64,000 nucleotides of DNA. Origin: Trichosphaerium sp. ATCC 40318 (taxonomy: Eukaryota > Protista > Tubulinea). The first letter of the stretch is position 1. Every line of letters starts with the position of its first letter. Shown here piece after piece: positions 10,354-23,400 of the stretch. The translations under genes and the position numbers were made by a program. The stretch spans positions 62,001-126,000 of the forward strand of contig JALMLS010000076.1 of assembly GCA_038496445.1 (NCBI GenBank). The letters are read 5' to 3'. The notes below the pieces were generated by a model. It made no database searches. It was not told the DNA's origin and saw only the letters and a list, made by a program, of their open reading frames with translations.

Positions 10354-13160
10354 TCAGAGCTTAGTCTGTTCTAACTTATCATATTCTAGCATAAAATTAT
10401 CCTTTCTACACTTCTCCCATGTGTTTACATCCCAGTACCAGTACGACCCGCGCTCGTATGTAGCAGTCTTTACAATTGGTTCTGTTCCAGGTAATCGCTG
10501 AAACCACACTTGAAGGTCCTTATGATACCGCCAATCTCTAGCATACCTAAAAAACAGAGTTAGTTTCTAAACACATGAAACATAAAGTTGGCAGACATTG
10601 TGTTCGGCGTTAAAATGACGTACAGTTCATCTGCGCTTGCTACTTGCTGTGTATCGTGTGGCATGCTGTAAAAAATATAGAATAGGGTTTCTTCAGTGAA
10701 GAAACTCATTTTATCTGTTGGAGGAAGCAGAGCATCGGGTTGTATAAAATAGCAAGCTGGAATGTTAAATTCTGGTTCTCGCTTCAATGGTGCTTCAGCC
10801 CACGGAGATGCGAATGTAGCGTATAATACACTAATATAAATACTTAGATGAAACAGTAATAAACGGGCAATGAGTAAAGACATACTTTGGAGAACTGAGG
10901 TCAAGACCAAGTGTAGTTAAGTCTGTTCCAAGTGCAAGCATGTTTAGGTCTCTATCCGTCATTTTTAATACTTTTAGGAGGCCCAACAAGCTGTAAGGGT
11001 CGTGTTGGACATAATTATCATATGGTTCACCAATTGGCGTTTGATTACTGAAAAGAGACTAAAGAAAACGTGTAAGCTCATTGAGGTACCGAAATTTTTT
11101 GTTGCAAATAAAAGAAATGGTGGTAACCTTTCTGGGACTTGTGGACACTGATTGTCCCATAGAATCATTACGTTGGCGCTTGACATTATATTCGTAGTTG
11201 CCAGATGTCCGCAGTGAGCCCTGATTTTGACCTAAACGAATAAATAAAGAAATTTTAACAAGAAAAACACTCCAAAACCCAGGCTGATTGTGGTCGACGT
11301 ACCTGACATAAGCTTACTTGGGGACATCATAAACGATGCGCTGTTTTGAAATTGGCCGGCCTAAATGATCAGATCGAGTTTAAAATGGGAAAAAACGTAC
11401 CATCGCATTATTCACGGAGTTATCTTGAGGAGCGCCTGGTTTACCACCAAGGGCTGGGAATTCTTGTTCATATCGCCGATCGCCTACAGTTACGTTGGAA
11501 AAAAATAAAAAACCGTTATTTAATCGCTAGACGTCAAAATATCACCCAAAAAACGTGAAAATAAAGGTTTTGCGAATAATTTGTGCGGTTTAGGTGAATA
11601 AAGGCCTTACCTGCTTGTTGACCTCCATTTGCCTCCCGAGAGTTTGACATTAAACTCTGGGAGTAAGATTGACTGCCTGACTGGTGATTTGTAGAATTAA
11701 ATCCATCGAACGATGAACTTAAACCAAGGTGACTAAGTCATAAAAATCAGTTACAAAATGACTAATTTTGGGTTTACCCCTTAGAGCTCGTCTGCCGAGA
11801 TCCAGATGTGGTTAAGCTGTGCGATTGAACCGGCGATTGAGGTGGGATTAGACCCATTCCCTGTCGTCCAGGCTAATTAACGTCAAAAATAACGCTAAAC
11901 TGTAAAACGAAAAAGGGATGACTGGGACTTGAACCCAGATTAACACGTCCCGAACGTGTGGTGCTGCCAATTACACTATCATCCCTAGTGCTTTAGCACG
12001 TGCACGGAGGGGCATGCGCAAAAAAACCCTAACAACACCAAACGCCATTGCGTATCACTGAAATTTGTTTTTCTGTCAAAAAAAAGTTATTAATTCGCAC
12101 CATTTCGCGATGTTGCACTTGGGTATTTTGCATTGACATTGGTATTTGTCCGCCCAAACCACGAGTCATCTGTTGTTGTGACAAAGACAATGATGATCGT
12201 ATTTGCTGAGAAGGTTGTGATGCTAGAAGAACGTTAGTGCCAAACTTAAAACTTACAATTAATGCACATACGTTGGTGTGGTTGCCGTAGTTGATCAACA
12301 CCCATATGTGGCATGTTCGATACGCTATTATTAACAGAATGGTGCGTAGCGGCTATACGACGGGAGGTCGAATTTAAAAGAGTGTGTTGTGGCGCAGGCT
12401 GCATCGTGTGTTGAGAGGATATGCTGTGTTGCGATTGTGTGGATGTTTGTCTGTGGTTTTGAAGGCCAGGTAGGTAGCTGTTTCGTATATCTTGACCAAC
12501 TTTAAAGGTATTAGAGAAGGAAAAATTTAAAACAAATTCAAATAGTAATTTTTCACATTTTAGGAGTTTTAAAACAACTGTGTCGTGAGGATGTGACTGT
12601 GTCACCATCGCCCATAACTAGTGGTAAATAAAATATGTGCAAATGAGAGCGAGGTTTCATCTCATAAGCGTGGGACAATGTCCTTTTTGTTCAAATAGTG
12701 ATGGAGGGAATTATCTGATGCAAAGGGCGCACGCATAGAAGGCGGTGTCATTTTGCGTGATTGAACTGGTGAATAAGGGGCTTGAGGCGATATTGTATCG
12801 AGGCTAGTACCATAATAATGTGTTGATGGGTCTACAGCGCTACCAGGAGGACCGGCGTTCATACCAGGAGGATACATACCTGCTTTACCCTGTACATTTC
12901 GGTTAAATGCGTAACACTTCATTATTGCCATGAGTGGTTCTGGCGTGTACAAATCAAGCCCTTTTGTGAGCTTTGGTGGTTATTTGCACTCTTAAAAGCG
13001 ACAACGCCGAAATTGTGCTAAAATGATGTACCTTCTTATCTCGAGAGTAGTAGTAATCTTTAGGGTCAAAATGTTGATCTTGGTTAGGATCTATGACATT
13101 GTTTTTGAAGTAATCCAATTTTTGTTTACTCCGCGGCTGCATTGATCCTTTTTCGCTCAT
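10354..13160 (-). CDS. CNOT2: CCR4-NOT complex subunit 2
   Basis: C-terminal NOT box: LALGTDLTTLGLDL..LYATFASPW..EETLFYIFYSMPHD..DWRYHKDLQVWF..YERGSY. Low-complexity Q/S/P-rich N-terminus. Confidence 0.92.
11914..11985 (-). tRNA. tRNA-Pro(CGG), atypical body, inside a CNOT2 intron
   Basis: Cloverleaf GGGATGA-TA-GTGT-AATTGGCA-GCAC-C-ACACG-TTCGGGA-CGTGT-TAAT-CTGGG-TTCAAGT-CCCAG-TCATCCC-T. All stems pair, A and B boxes are present, and a T5 run follows. Confidence 0.9.
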
Positions 13161-14419
13161 TAGCCTTTAGAACGTTAGAATTGTTTGTTTTTTGGCAACA
13201 AAGAAGCGTTTTTGCGCAAACCCACTGTTGTAGAGTTGGGTAGTGGTTGTTGTAGATTGTATTAAAATAAAATTATTTTTCACAGTGAATTGCCAAAGCG
13301 GTTAGTGGATTAAACATCGTATCACAAATGCCACGTTCATTTTAATGAGATGTAGATAAATTCAAGCACAAAACAAAGCGATCGCACGCAAAAAAACAAA
13401 ATCAGTTTTGGTGAGTCATAAAGGCATAAAACAGCGCCTCAACGACTTCGCATATATTTTTACTGCGTATCAAGTAGATTTAAGGTTGTTTTAATGTGAG
13501 AGATTGTTTGGTTAAAATAGCTAGCTGCGACATACCTGCTTCAGTACTTAGTGCGAACGCAGAGCGTGCGTGATGTTGTTTTACACTATACTTTGGTGTC
13601 TAAAAGTCAGCTCGACTTCAGTTTAAAGAAATTGTTGGACTTTTTACTCTAGCCTCAATGCACAATACCCAGCGCTTCATTGGAGCTGTGCGAAAGAGAA
13701 CTAGTAGATTGCAAAAAAACGTTTTGTGAAGTTGTAGTATGCAACTGTACGCTCCTTATGAACAAACTCCACCGCTTACGCGTATCCACAACAAATTTAT
13801 GCTTCTGTACAACCGTCGTATGATTCTCCAGCACCGAATGTGCTACGGCAACAAATAATCGTAATATATGCCTACTGTAATGCCAGTGTTAAAGTTGTGA
13901 CATCTAAGTACTCAATTGTGGCAGCGCGAAAGAAAAAATTTCAACGCTTTGTGCGTGGTGCATGTACGTTAACGGGCAAGTTTGCCTGTCCTTGTCTTCG
14001 TTCATTGCCTGTTTCTTCGTTGTATTCTATTGGTGCGAAGGCGCTCTTCATTCGTGACAGATCCTAGCACAAGGTACAAAACCTCCACATTAGGCAAGTA
14101 AGTTTAATGATTTTAATAATCTAATTGCAAGAATTCTCAGCTTAATATTCGCAAATCTATCTGCATTTGCAGTATCCATTGGTTTATTGTTTATCTTGTA
14201 GCAGTGTTTTGATGAAATTCCGCCAAAATAACTTGACACAGAAGTTAATACTTTTCAGTAGAGATAAAGTGCAAGATGTGATTTTTTTTAACAGAAATAA
14301 AAAATATTGTTTTGCCGTTACCTAATCAATCATTCTACATTAAAGACAAGTTTTTTTTTACAAATGAGCAATTTATTGTTTATAAGTGATTTCAACAAGA
14401 TGTGGTACAGGTCGAGTAC

Positions 14420-17400
14420 TTAGTATTCGACAACGTTGAGTGGTTGCTCTTGCGCCTCGCTGCGTTGCTGGCTTCTAGCAGATCGCGTAGAAGATCGGCT
14501 ACGGAAAGAATCGCGGGCGCTCTTGACAGTTCTTGATGACAACTCCTTGACTTGGTCGGACAAGTTGCCTAAGAAACCTCTTTCGCCAACTGTTCTGACC
14601 TTTGGTGTAGTCATTACTCTGGCGTCATTGTAGGCGCGCTCATCGTCAGATGGTTCATCAGAGGAGCTTGCGTCATCAGTGTCATCCAATGCGTTGGACA
14701 AGAAGTTTTGAGTGTTGATGGTAGAGGCGACTGGTAGATCGCTGGCACCAACGCTTTGCATCTCGAGTTGTTTATCTTCTTTTTCTTCGTTGTTCTTTCT
14801 TCTCTTTCTTCTGATTACAAAGAAAGCGACAAAGACGATACAACAGCAACACAATCCTGCGCCGACACCGGCTCCTGCCAAAGCGCTGAGCGGTACTGTT
14901 GGACCTTCTTCTTTAGCTTGAGCTTCACCAGCTTCTTCTTGAATAGAAGCTTCGATGGTAAAGAAGTATTCGAATTTTTGTTCGGCTGAGTCGTCGAATG
15001 TAGATTCGGCTGTTTCTTCAATGGAACGGACAAGCATACGTTTACGTTCAACGTTGGTTGTCGAAGAGGCACATTCACATCCAAACTTGTATTCTACGAG
15101 AACAACAGCAACTGTGCAGTATCGTGTAACGTTTACAGTTTCTAGAAGTGCTTGTAAGCGACAGAACAGTACAGTGATCAAGTGCAAAAATTTAACGTAC
15201 CAGGAGTAACGGTTCTGTTCGTAAAGAAGGTAAAACCGCTCTTATCTGTGAGGAGCTCGTCATCCATTCCAAAACCGATATCGGTGTATTGTGAACCACC
15301 GTATTCTTTGTCGAAGATAAGGTTGACGTTGTCGTCACCGACTGGGTGAACGAAAATCTTGAGAATCTCAGAAGAGAGGATTGTTGCGGCACCACCAGTA
15401 GTGACTTCGGCAAGGAAATGGACTCGTTGATCGTAATTGAACAATTGTTGAGGTATACGGTATTCTGAATCGACGAAAGCAGTAAGTTGACCTTCCAGTT
15501 CAATCTCAATTTCAGCTTGAGCACAGAAGTTTTCTGAGTTAATGGCAAGTACAATATCGCGCAAAGAACCTGTAGTAACAAAATGAGTACATTAAATAGG
15601 ACTAAGATGCTGCGTGTTTATATGCCGTACCTTCGTGTTGGCATCCTCTGCATCCGAATTCGAATCCTGCAGTGTAATCGGCAGTCAATTCGCACTCAGC
15701 ACCGACAAGAATGGTGATGATATGTTCTTGAGAACAGTATGCTGTTTCTTCAGTACAGTTCTCTTGTTCACCTTGTTCAATAGTGACTTCCTCAAATTGA
15801 GGTGTCACACCCTTTTTGCTGATATTGACGATCTCACGACCAATAATTTCAACAGGTACTGGACAAATGGACTTGACAATGATAATACCCTTTTGGAAAG
15901 GCAAACCAGCAACAGCTCCAGACAAGTCAATGTATTGTCTAATGATAGCAAACCTGTATGATGTGTGAGTGTGTGAACGGGAAATACTCGGATTGCTACG
16001 TACATGCAGTCATCAGGGGAAACCTCGGAAGTGTTTGGAGGAAGTGTGGTTGGTGGTTGAGTAGTAGGAGCAGCAGTAGTTGGAATAACAGTTGTTGGAG
16101 CAGCTGTTGTTGGAGCAACTGTCGTTGGTGGCGATGTTGTTGGTGGTGCAGTAGTTGGTACGGCAGTAGTTGGCGCGGCAGTAGTTGGCGCGGCAGTAGT
16201 TGGCGCGGCAGTAGTTGGAGCTTGGGTCGTTGGTCTCAATGTAGTTGGAGCCAATGTTGTCGGTGGCAACGTGGTTGGAGCAGCTGTCGTTGGTGGCGGT
16301 GGTACGTAAAAACCGAAATCAACAGTTGTGTCTTCTTCACCTGATGCAGGGGTTGTCACTTCAGAGCAAGACAATAACTAAATGATGTGAGTTTATGTTT
16401 TTAAGCATTCGAGTTTGTACCACGTCGTTCTTAAAGTTAGCCTTAGTAGCAAGTTCACCATTGGAATCCAAGTTTGGTGAATCGCCAACGCGTACTGGAC
16501 TGAGAACAAAGTTTTCACCTATTGTGGTCATGTAGTCGACACAAACAGTGTATTTAGTGTTAGGAAACAATCCATCTCTCTCTGTAAAGTAGTATTCGCC
16601 ACCTTCATTAGTAGTTGTGGAAGTTATTACTTCGTCATTTTCAGAGAAGAGTACGACTGTAACATCAGGGATGCCAACATCACTCTCTTCATCTTGAACA
16701 CCATCTCTGTTACTGTCTGCGAAGATAAAGTTACCAATCCTGACTGGAGCAGCAGTTGGAGGAGCTGTCGTTGGAGCAGCAGTCGTTGGAGCAGCAGTTG
16801 TAGGAGCAGCAGTTGTAGGAGCAGCAGTAGTTGGAGGTTGTGTAGTTGGAGCAGCTGTTGTAGGTGGAGTAGTCGTTGGAGGAGGTGTAGTAGGTGGCAA
16901 CGTAGTTGGAGGTTGCGTAGTTGGAGCAACTGTTGTTGGTGCGGCAGTTGTAGGTGGCAACGTAGTTGGAGGACCAGTTGTTGGTGGAGGAGTAAGGTAG
17001 AAACCAAAATCAATGGTCAAATCTTCTTCGCCAGCATCAGGTGATCTAGCATGTGCACAAGATTGAACCTGCAAGCTGAGTTAGAAATGTAATAAGTTTG
17101 ATAAGAAATGATACGCACAACTGAGTCAATAACTCTGTCTACACCGTTGGAATCTTCAACAGAATCTACAGCAAAAACTGGAGATGTTGAATAACCATTG
17201 CCAAGAGCTTCGACATATGAAACACAGATGATGTAGTCAGTGTTTGGTTCAACACCATCAGTTTCATCAAAAATATACGTTTCAGTAGTATATTTGGTAG
17301 CAATCAAATCTTCACCAGTGCTATCACGGAGGGTTACAACAAAATCAACCTCAGAGAAAGAGTCTTCTCCGACTTGGGAACCGTCTCTGTCGGAATCTTC

Positions 17401-20400
17401 GAAGATTCTGTCACCAATACGGACCGAAGCCTTTTGTGTTGGAGGAAGAGTGGTTGGAGGAGCTGTTGTTGGAGGTGGAGGTTTGTGAAGACCGAAATCA
17501 ATCGTCTCATCAGAGAAACCTTCACTTGGAGTGGTCACTTCAGCACAAGACATAAGCTAGAAAAATTTGTCAGCGGGAGCTATGTGGTAATGTTAAAGTC
17601 TGTACGTTGGTGCCATATGCGTCGTGTACTGCAGCAGCACCGTTTGAATCGTAGTAGTGGCTTGTTGTGAAGACAGGAGATGTTGTCCATTCGTCACCAA
17701 GCATGTCTTTGAAATCGACACAGATGATGTAGTCAGTTTCAGGAACCAATCCATCAGTTTCATCAAAGTGGTATTCACCTTCAGGTGTTGTCGTGGTTGT
17801 AGCAATCACAGTTTCACCTGTCTCATCGAGAAGAATGACTGGAATCTCTTCACCAATTGGTTCTTCACCTTCTTGGTCACCATCGTTATCAGAATCCTCG
17901 AATACTTTGTCACCAACTTGTACTCTTGGGAGAGGTGTTGGAGCGACAGTTGTTGGAGGAGCTGTTGGTTGGAGATCACCTGAATAATTCAATGAGTTGG
18001 TGATGTTAAAAAGCATTGACAAGCGACGTACATAGACTGAAGATCATGTTGTATGTTTCACCAACATTTCTGTAACCTGAAACAATTACTTTAAAAGTGT
18101 TGCCTGAGATTTGGGTTTCGGTCTCAGCAGGGAAGTTGGAAGAGAGAGGAGTCATGTGCTCGACATTGTAGTCGTCAAAAGTACATGTGTACTCAAGAGG
18201 AGGTAGATAACCTGCGCGAGCGGCAGTATTCATGATGACAATCATACCGTCAGAGTCGATATCAATTGACAAAGAGACTAGAATCATGTTAATACATTGT
18301 ACTAAAAAATAAGAAACTAAATGAAATATGACGTACTGAATCTATTGTCAAAAGTTTCTTCACTTCCAATAAATGGGTCGTCACCATCAGCGACAGTAAA
18401 GTCAGGCATATTAGGATTCTTTTTGTAGTATTCAAAAAGATTGACACCTTGCAAGTATGCTACGGAGAGCACACAGGTACCAGTCTTACCAACTTCAGGA
18501 CCATGAGCACAAGGGTATGGCGTTGGAGGAAGTGTTGTTGGAGGAGGAGCTGTTCTTGGAGGAATTGGAGGAAGTGTCGTTGGAGCCTCACCAGGAGCTG
18601 GAGTACCGCACAACTCTTGGAAGAAATATCCATAAGGACAATCTGGTGGAGTTGGAGCGGCTGTGGTTGGTGGCGCTGTTGTTGGGATGGCTGTAGTTGG
18701 AGCCTCTGTAGTAGGAGCCTCTGTAGTAGGGGCAGCAGTTGTTGGTGGAGGTGGAGGGAGATAGAAACCGAAATCGATGGTTAGATCTTCGTCACCTGCA
18801 CCTGGGGCTACTACATCATCACAAGCCAAAATCTAAAAGAATTTAGAACAAGCTCCACAAGTTAAGTAATGTAACGTACACTGTTCGAGTAGACAGCATG
18901 TACTGCACCCACACCATTAGAATCATGGGCTGAGGTGGTTTCATGGGCTGGACTCAAAGCGTATTGTGAACCAATGGCGCTCTGGTAGTCAACACAAACC
19001 TTGTAGTTTTGATTTGGTTGAACACCACTATCCTGATCAAAGTAGTAGTAACCCTGATCAGTGACTGTACTTGCGATGATATTGTCGCCAGCGGCATCCA
19101 AAAGAATTACTGTAAATACCGAAGTGAAAGCTAAATCACCACCTTGGTCGCCATCACGGTTTTCATCATAGAAAACAAAGTCACCAATTCGCACTTTAGG
19201 AAGAGGAGTTGGTGAAGCTGTTGTTGGAGGAGCGGTTGTTGGAGGAGCAGTAGTAGGAGCAGCAGTAGTTGGAGCAGCAGTAGTTGGACTAGCAGTCGTT
19301 GGGACAGCAGTTGGAGGAGCAGCAGTAGTTGGAGCAGCAGTAGGTGGTGGAGATGTCGTTGGTGGGGCAGTCGTTGGTGGCTCTGAAGTAGGAGCTCTTG
19401 TTGGAGCAACTGTTGGTTCTGGTGTTGGTGGAGCTGGGTGGAAACCGAAATCGAAAGAAGTATCGGAGAATCCAGAAGCTGGGGATCTGACAGGTGCGCA
19501 CGACATGACAAGCTCTTCGTTGACTACAGGATAGACAGATGGTTTACCATTTGAATCAGTAGTGGTGTCACTGCCTTGGTATTGGAGAGAAGGAACATAT
19601 TCTTCCTCAAGAACATGGTAGTTAACACAAACAATGTAGTTTGTCTCAGGAAGCAATCCAGTTGTTTCGTCAAAGTGGTATGATCCGAAAACAGACTGTG
19701 TTTGAGAAACAATTTCTGTTCCGTCTTCGCTGAGGAGGTACACTGGCATGGATTGAGAGAATGGGAATTCACCATCTAGATTGTGTGAGAGATGTGTTGG
19801 TTAAAGAAAATGAGTTGCGCACCATCAATGCCGTTCTCGTTGAAATCTTCGAAGATTGTATCACCAATAGATACTTCAGCAGGGGTTGGGGCAGCTGTTG
19901 GGGCGCTAGTAGGGACAGGCGTTGGTGGGGCAAGATAGAAACCGAAATCGATTGTCAAGTCTTCACCACTAGCTGGTGCGGTAACATTAGCACAAGCCAT
20001 CATCTATTCAAAGTTAGGTGGAATTACTCACTAATAATCGTACCATTTGGGAGTAATCTGATACTACAGTGGCTACACCGTTTGAATCCTCAAAGGCAGA
20101 AGCGGCAGATCTTGGAGAAAGCACATAGCTTGAGCCGAGAGATTTCTGGTAGTTAACACAAACAGTGAATTTTTTGTTTGGTTCAACACCATCAGACTCA
20201 GTAAAGAAATATTCACCAAGAGAGTTTGTTACGGTTTCTGCAAGTAAGTCACCGGTTTCATTAAAGAGCGCAACGTCGATTGGCTCGGTAAATAATTCGT
20301 GATTTTCTAAAGAACTGTTTAGTTTAGTTTGCTATGTAGTATATTGATACCTTGTGAACCAGATTGATCAATATCTTCAAAGATCAAATCACCGATGCGA

Positions 20401-23400
20401 ACAGGCGTAGCTGTTGGTGCAGCAGTTGTTGGAGGAGAGGTTGTTGGCGCAGCAGTTGTTGGACCCTCAGTTGGAGGAGGAGTCACAACAAATGGAGCTT
20501 GTGTTGTTGGAGCAGCTGTAGTTGGAGCAGCTGTTGTTGGTGCGGCTGTAGGAGCAAAAGTTGGAGGAGGAGGAATAAAGAATCCAAAATCAACGGACAT
20601 ATCCTCGAAACCTGAAGCAGGACTAGTCACAACAGCACAAGAGAGTACCTAATTTAATTAAGCCACAAATCAGAATAATTGAAAAATCGTACAGTATTCG
20701 CTTTGTATTCAGGGCGAGTGGCAGGAGAACCATCAGAATCAAGCATGGCTTCGCTGGCACGGACTGGACTTAGGTCGTAGTTTGCACCAATAGTGCTGGT
20801 GTAGTCAACACAAACTGTGTACTCGGTGTTAGGGAGTAGTCCATCATTTTGATCGAAAATGTATTCACCACTTTCATCAGTTAGTTTGACGACGTGTTCT
20901 TGATCGTTGATAAAGAGAATAACAGCAGCATTGCTGATTGGAGTATCATCTTCATCTTGGTGACCATCGTGGTTGACATCCTCGAAGACCTTGTCACCAA
21001 TCCTGACTGGAGCAGCTGTCGGAGCGGCAGTCGTTGGAGCAGCTGTCGTTGGAGCAGCTGTCGTTGGAGCAGCTGTTGTAGGAGCAGCAGTAGTTGGAAT
21101 AGCAGTTGTAGGAGCAGCTGTTGTAGGAGCGACAGTTGTAGGTGGAGTAGTCGTTGGAGGAGCTGTTGTAGGTGGCAACGTAGTTGGAGGTTGCGTAGTT
21201 GGAGCAACTGTTGTTGGTGCGGCAGTTGTAGGTGGCAACGTAGTTGGAGGACCAGTTGTTGGTGGAGGAGTAAGGTAGAAACCAAAATCAATGGTCAAAT
21301 CTTCTTCGCCAGCATCAGGTGACGTGGTATGAGCACAAGACATAGGCTAAAGGAGTAAGAGTACTGTTTAATTTAAATGCAATAGTACCTCATCAGAAAA
21401 GCTATGAGATTCTGGTTTACCGTTAGAATCTTCTGTAGCTCCAGTTGTGTAAACTGGAGAGAGTGAATAACCATTGCCAAGAGCTTCGACATATGAAACA
21501 CAGATGATGTAGTCAGTGTTTGGTTCAACACCATCAGTTTCATCAAAAATATACGTTTCAGTAGTAGATTTGGTAGCAACTACTTCGTCACTGTTTTTGT
21601 CGATTAAAGTTACAACAAAATCAACCTCAGAGAAAGAGTCTTCTCCGACTTGGGAACCATCTCTGTCGGAATCTTCGAAGATTCTGTCACCAATACGGAC
21701 CGAAGCCTTTTGTGTTGGAGGAAGAGTGGTTGGAGGAGCTGTTGTTGGAGGTGGAGGTTTGTGAAGACCGAAATCAATCGTCTCATCAGAGAAACCTTCA
21801 CTTGGAGTGGTCACATGAGCACAAGACATAACCTAGCAACTTGGTTATTGAAGCGACAACATTGGCAAAAGCGTACTCTGTCAGTGTATGCGTCATGAAT
21901 AGCAGGTACACCATCCGAATCGTAGTAGTGGCTTGTTGCGTATGCAGGAGATGTTGTCCATTCGTCATCAAGCATGGATTTGTAGTCGACACAGATGATG
22001 TAGTCAGTTTCAGGAACCAATCCATCAGTTTCATCAAAGTGGTATTCACCTTCAGGTGTTGTCGTGGTTGTAGCAATCACAGTTTCACCTGTCTCATCGA
22101 GAAGAATGACTGGAATCTCTTCACCAATTGGTTCTTCACCTTCTTGGTCACCATCGTTATCAGAATCCTCGAATACTTTGTCACCAACTTGTACTCTTGG
22201 GAGAGGTGTTGGAGCGACAGTTGTTGGAGGAGCTGTTGGTTGGAGATCACCTGAATAATTCAATGAGTTGGTGATGTTAAAATGCATTGACAAGCGACGT
22301 ACATAGACTGAAGACCATGGTATGAGTTTCACCAAGATTTCTGTAACCATCAACAAATACTTTGAAAGTGTTGCCGGATACTTGGGCGTCGGTCTCAGCA
22401 GGGAAGTTGGAAGAGAGAGGAGTCATGTGCTCGACATTGTAGTCGTCAAAAGTACATGTGTACTCAAGAGGAGGCAAGAAACCTCTACGAGCGGCGGTAT
22501 TCATGATGACAATCATACCGTCAGAGTCGATATCAATTGACAAAGAGACTAGAAGTGGTGTTAATAGAGCAAGGTACAATTAATTTAAACTAAAAATAAG
22601 AAACTAATGAAATATGACGTACTGAATCTATTGTCAAAAGTTTCTTCACTTCCAATGAATGGGTCGTCACCATCAGCGACAGTAAAGTCAGGCATGTTAG
22701 GATTCTTTCTGTAGTATTCAAAAAGATTGACACCTTGCAAGTATGCTACGGAGAGCACACAGGTACCGGTCTTACCAACTTCAGGACCATGAGCACAAGG
22801 GTATGGCGTTGGAGGAAGTGTTGTTGGAGGAGGAGCTGTTCTTGGAGGAATTGGAGGAAGTGTCGTTGGAGCCTCACCAGGAGCTGGAGTACCGCACAAC
22901 TCTTGGAAGAAATATCCATAAGGACAATCATCAGTAGTTGGAGCAGCCGTTGTTGGTGGCGCTGTTGTTGGCGGCAAAGTTGTTGGAGGAGCGGTTGTTG
23001 GCGCAGCGGTTGGTGGAGGTGGAGGGAGATAGAAACCAAAATCGACAGACAAGTCTTCTTCGCCACTAGCAGGCGTTGTAACATCAGCACAGGACATTAC
23101 CTAAATAACATTAGACAGCGTCACTTCAAAAGTTGCGTACATTATCGGAATAGGCAGCATGAACTTCTGGGCGGCCGTTAGAATCATGAGGGGCACTTGT
23201 TGCAAACGCTTGCGAGAGAGCATACTCGGAACCAAGAGCAGCTTGGTAGTCAACACAAACCTTGTAGTTTGTTTCTGGTAGCAGACCATCTAGTTCATCA
23301 AAGTCGTATTTACCGTCTTCAGTAGTTGTTGTAGCAATGACGGTATCGCCGTTTTCATCAAACAACACAACATCAATTTCTTCCGTGAAGAGATCATCAT

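Noticed and set aside
13161-14419. 1.2-kb gap with a 75-aa ORF
   Set aside because: No motif, convincing splice pattern or RNA structure recognised; treated as intergenic/promoter. The same applies to 29540-30630.
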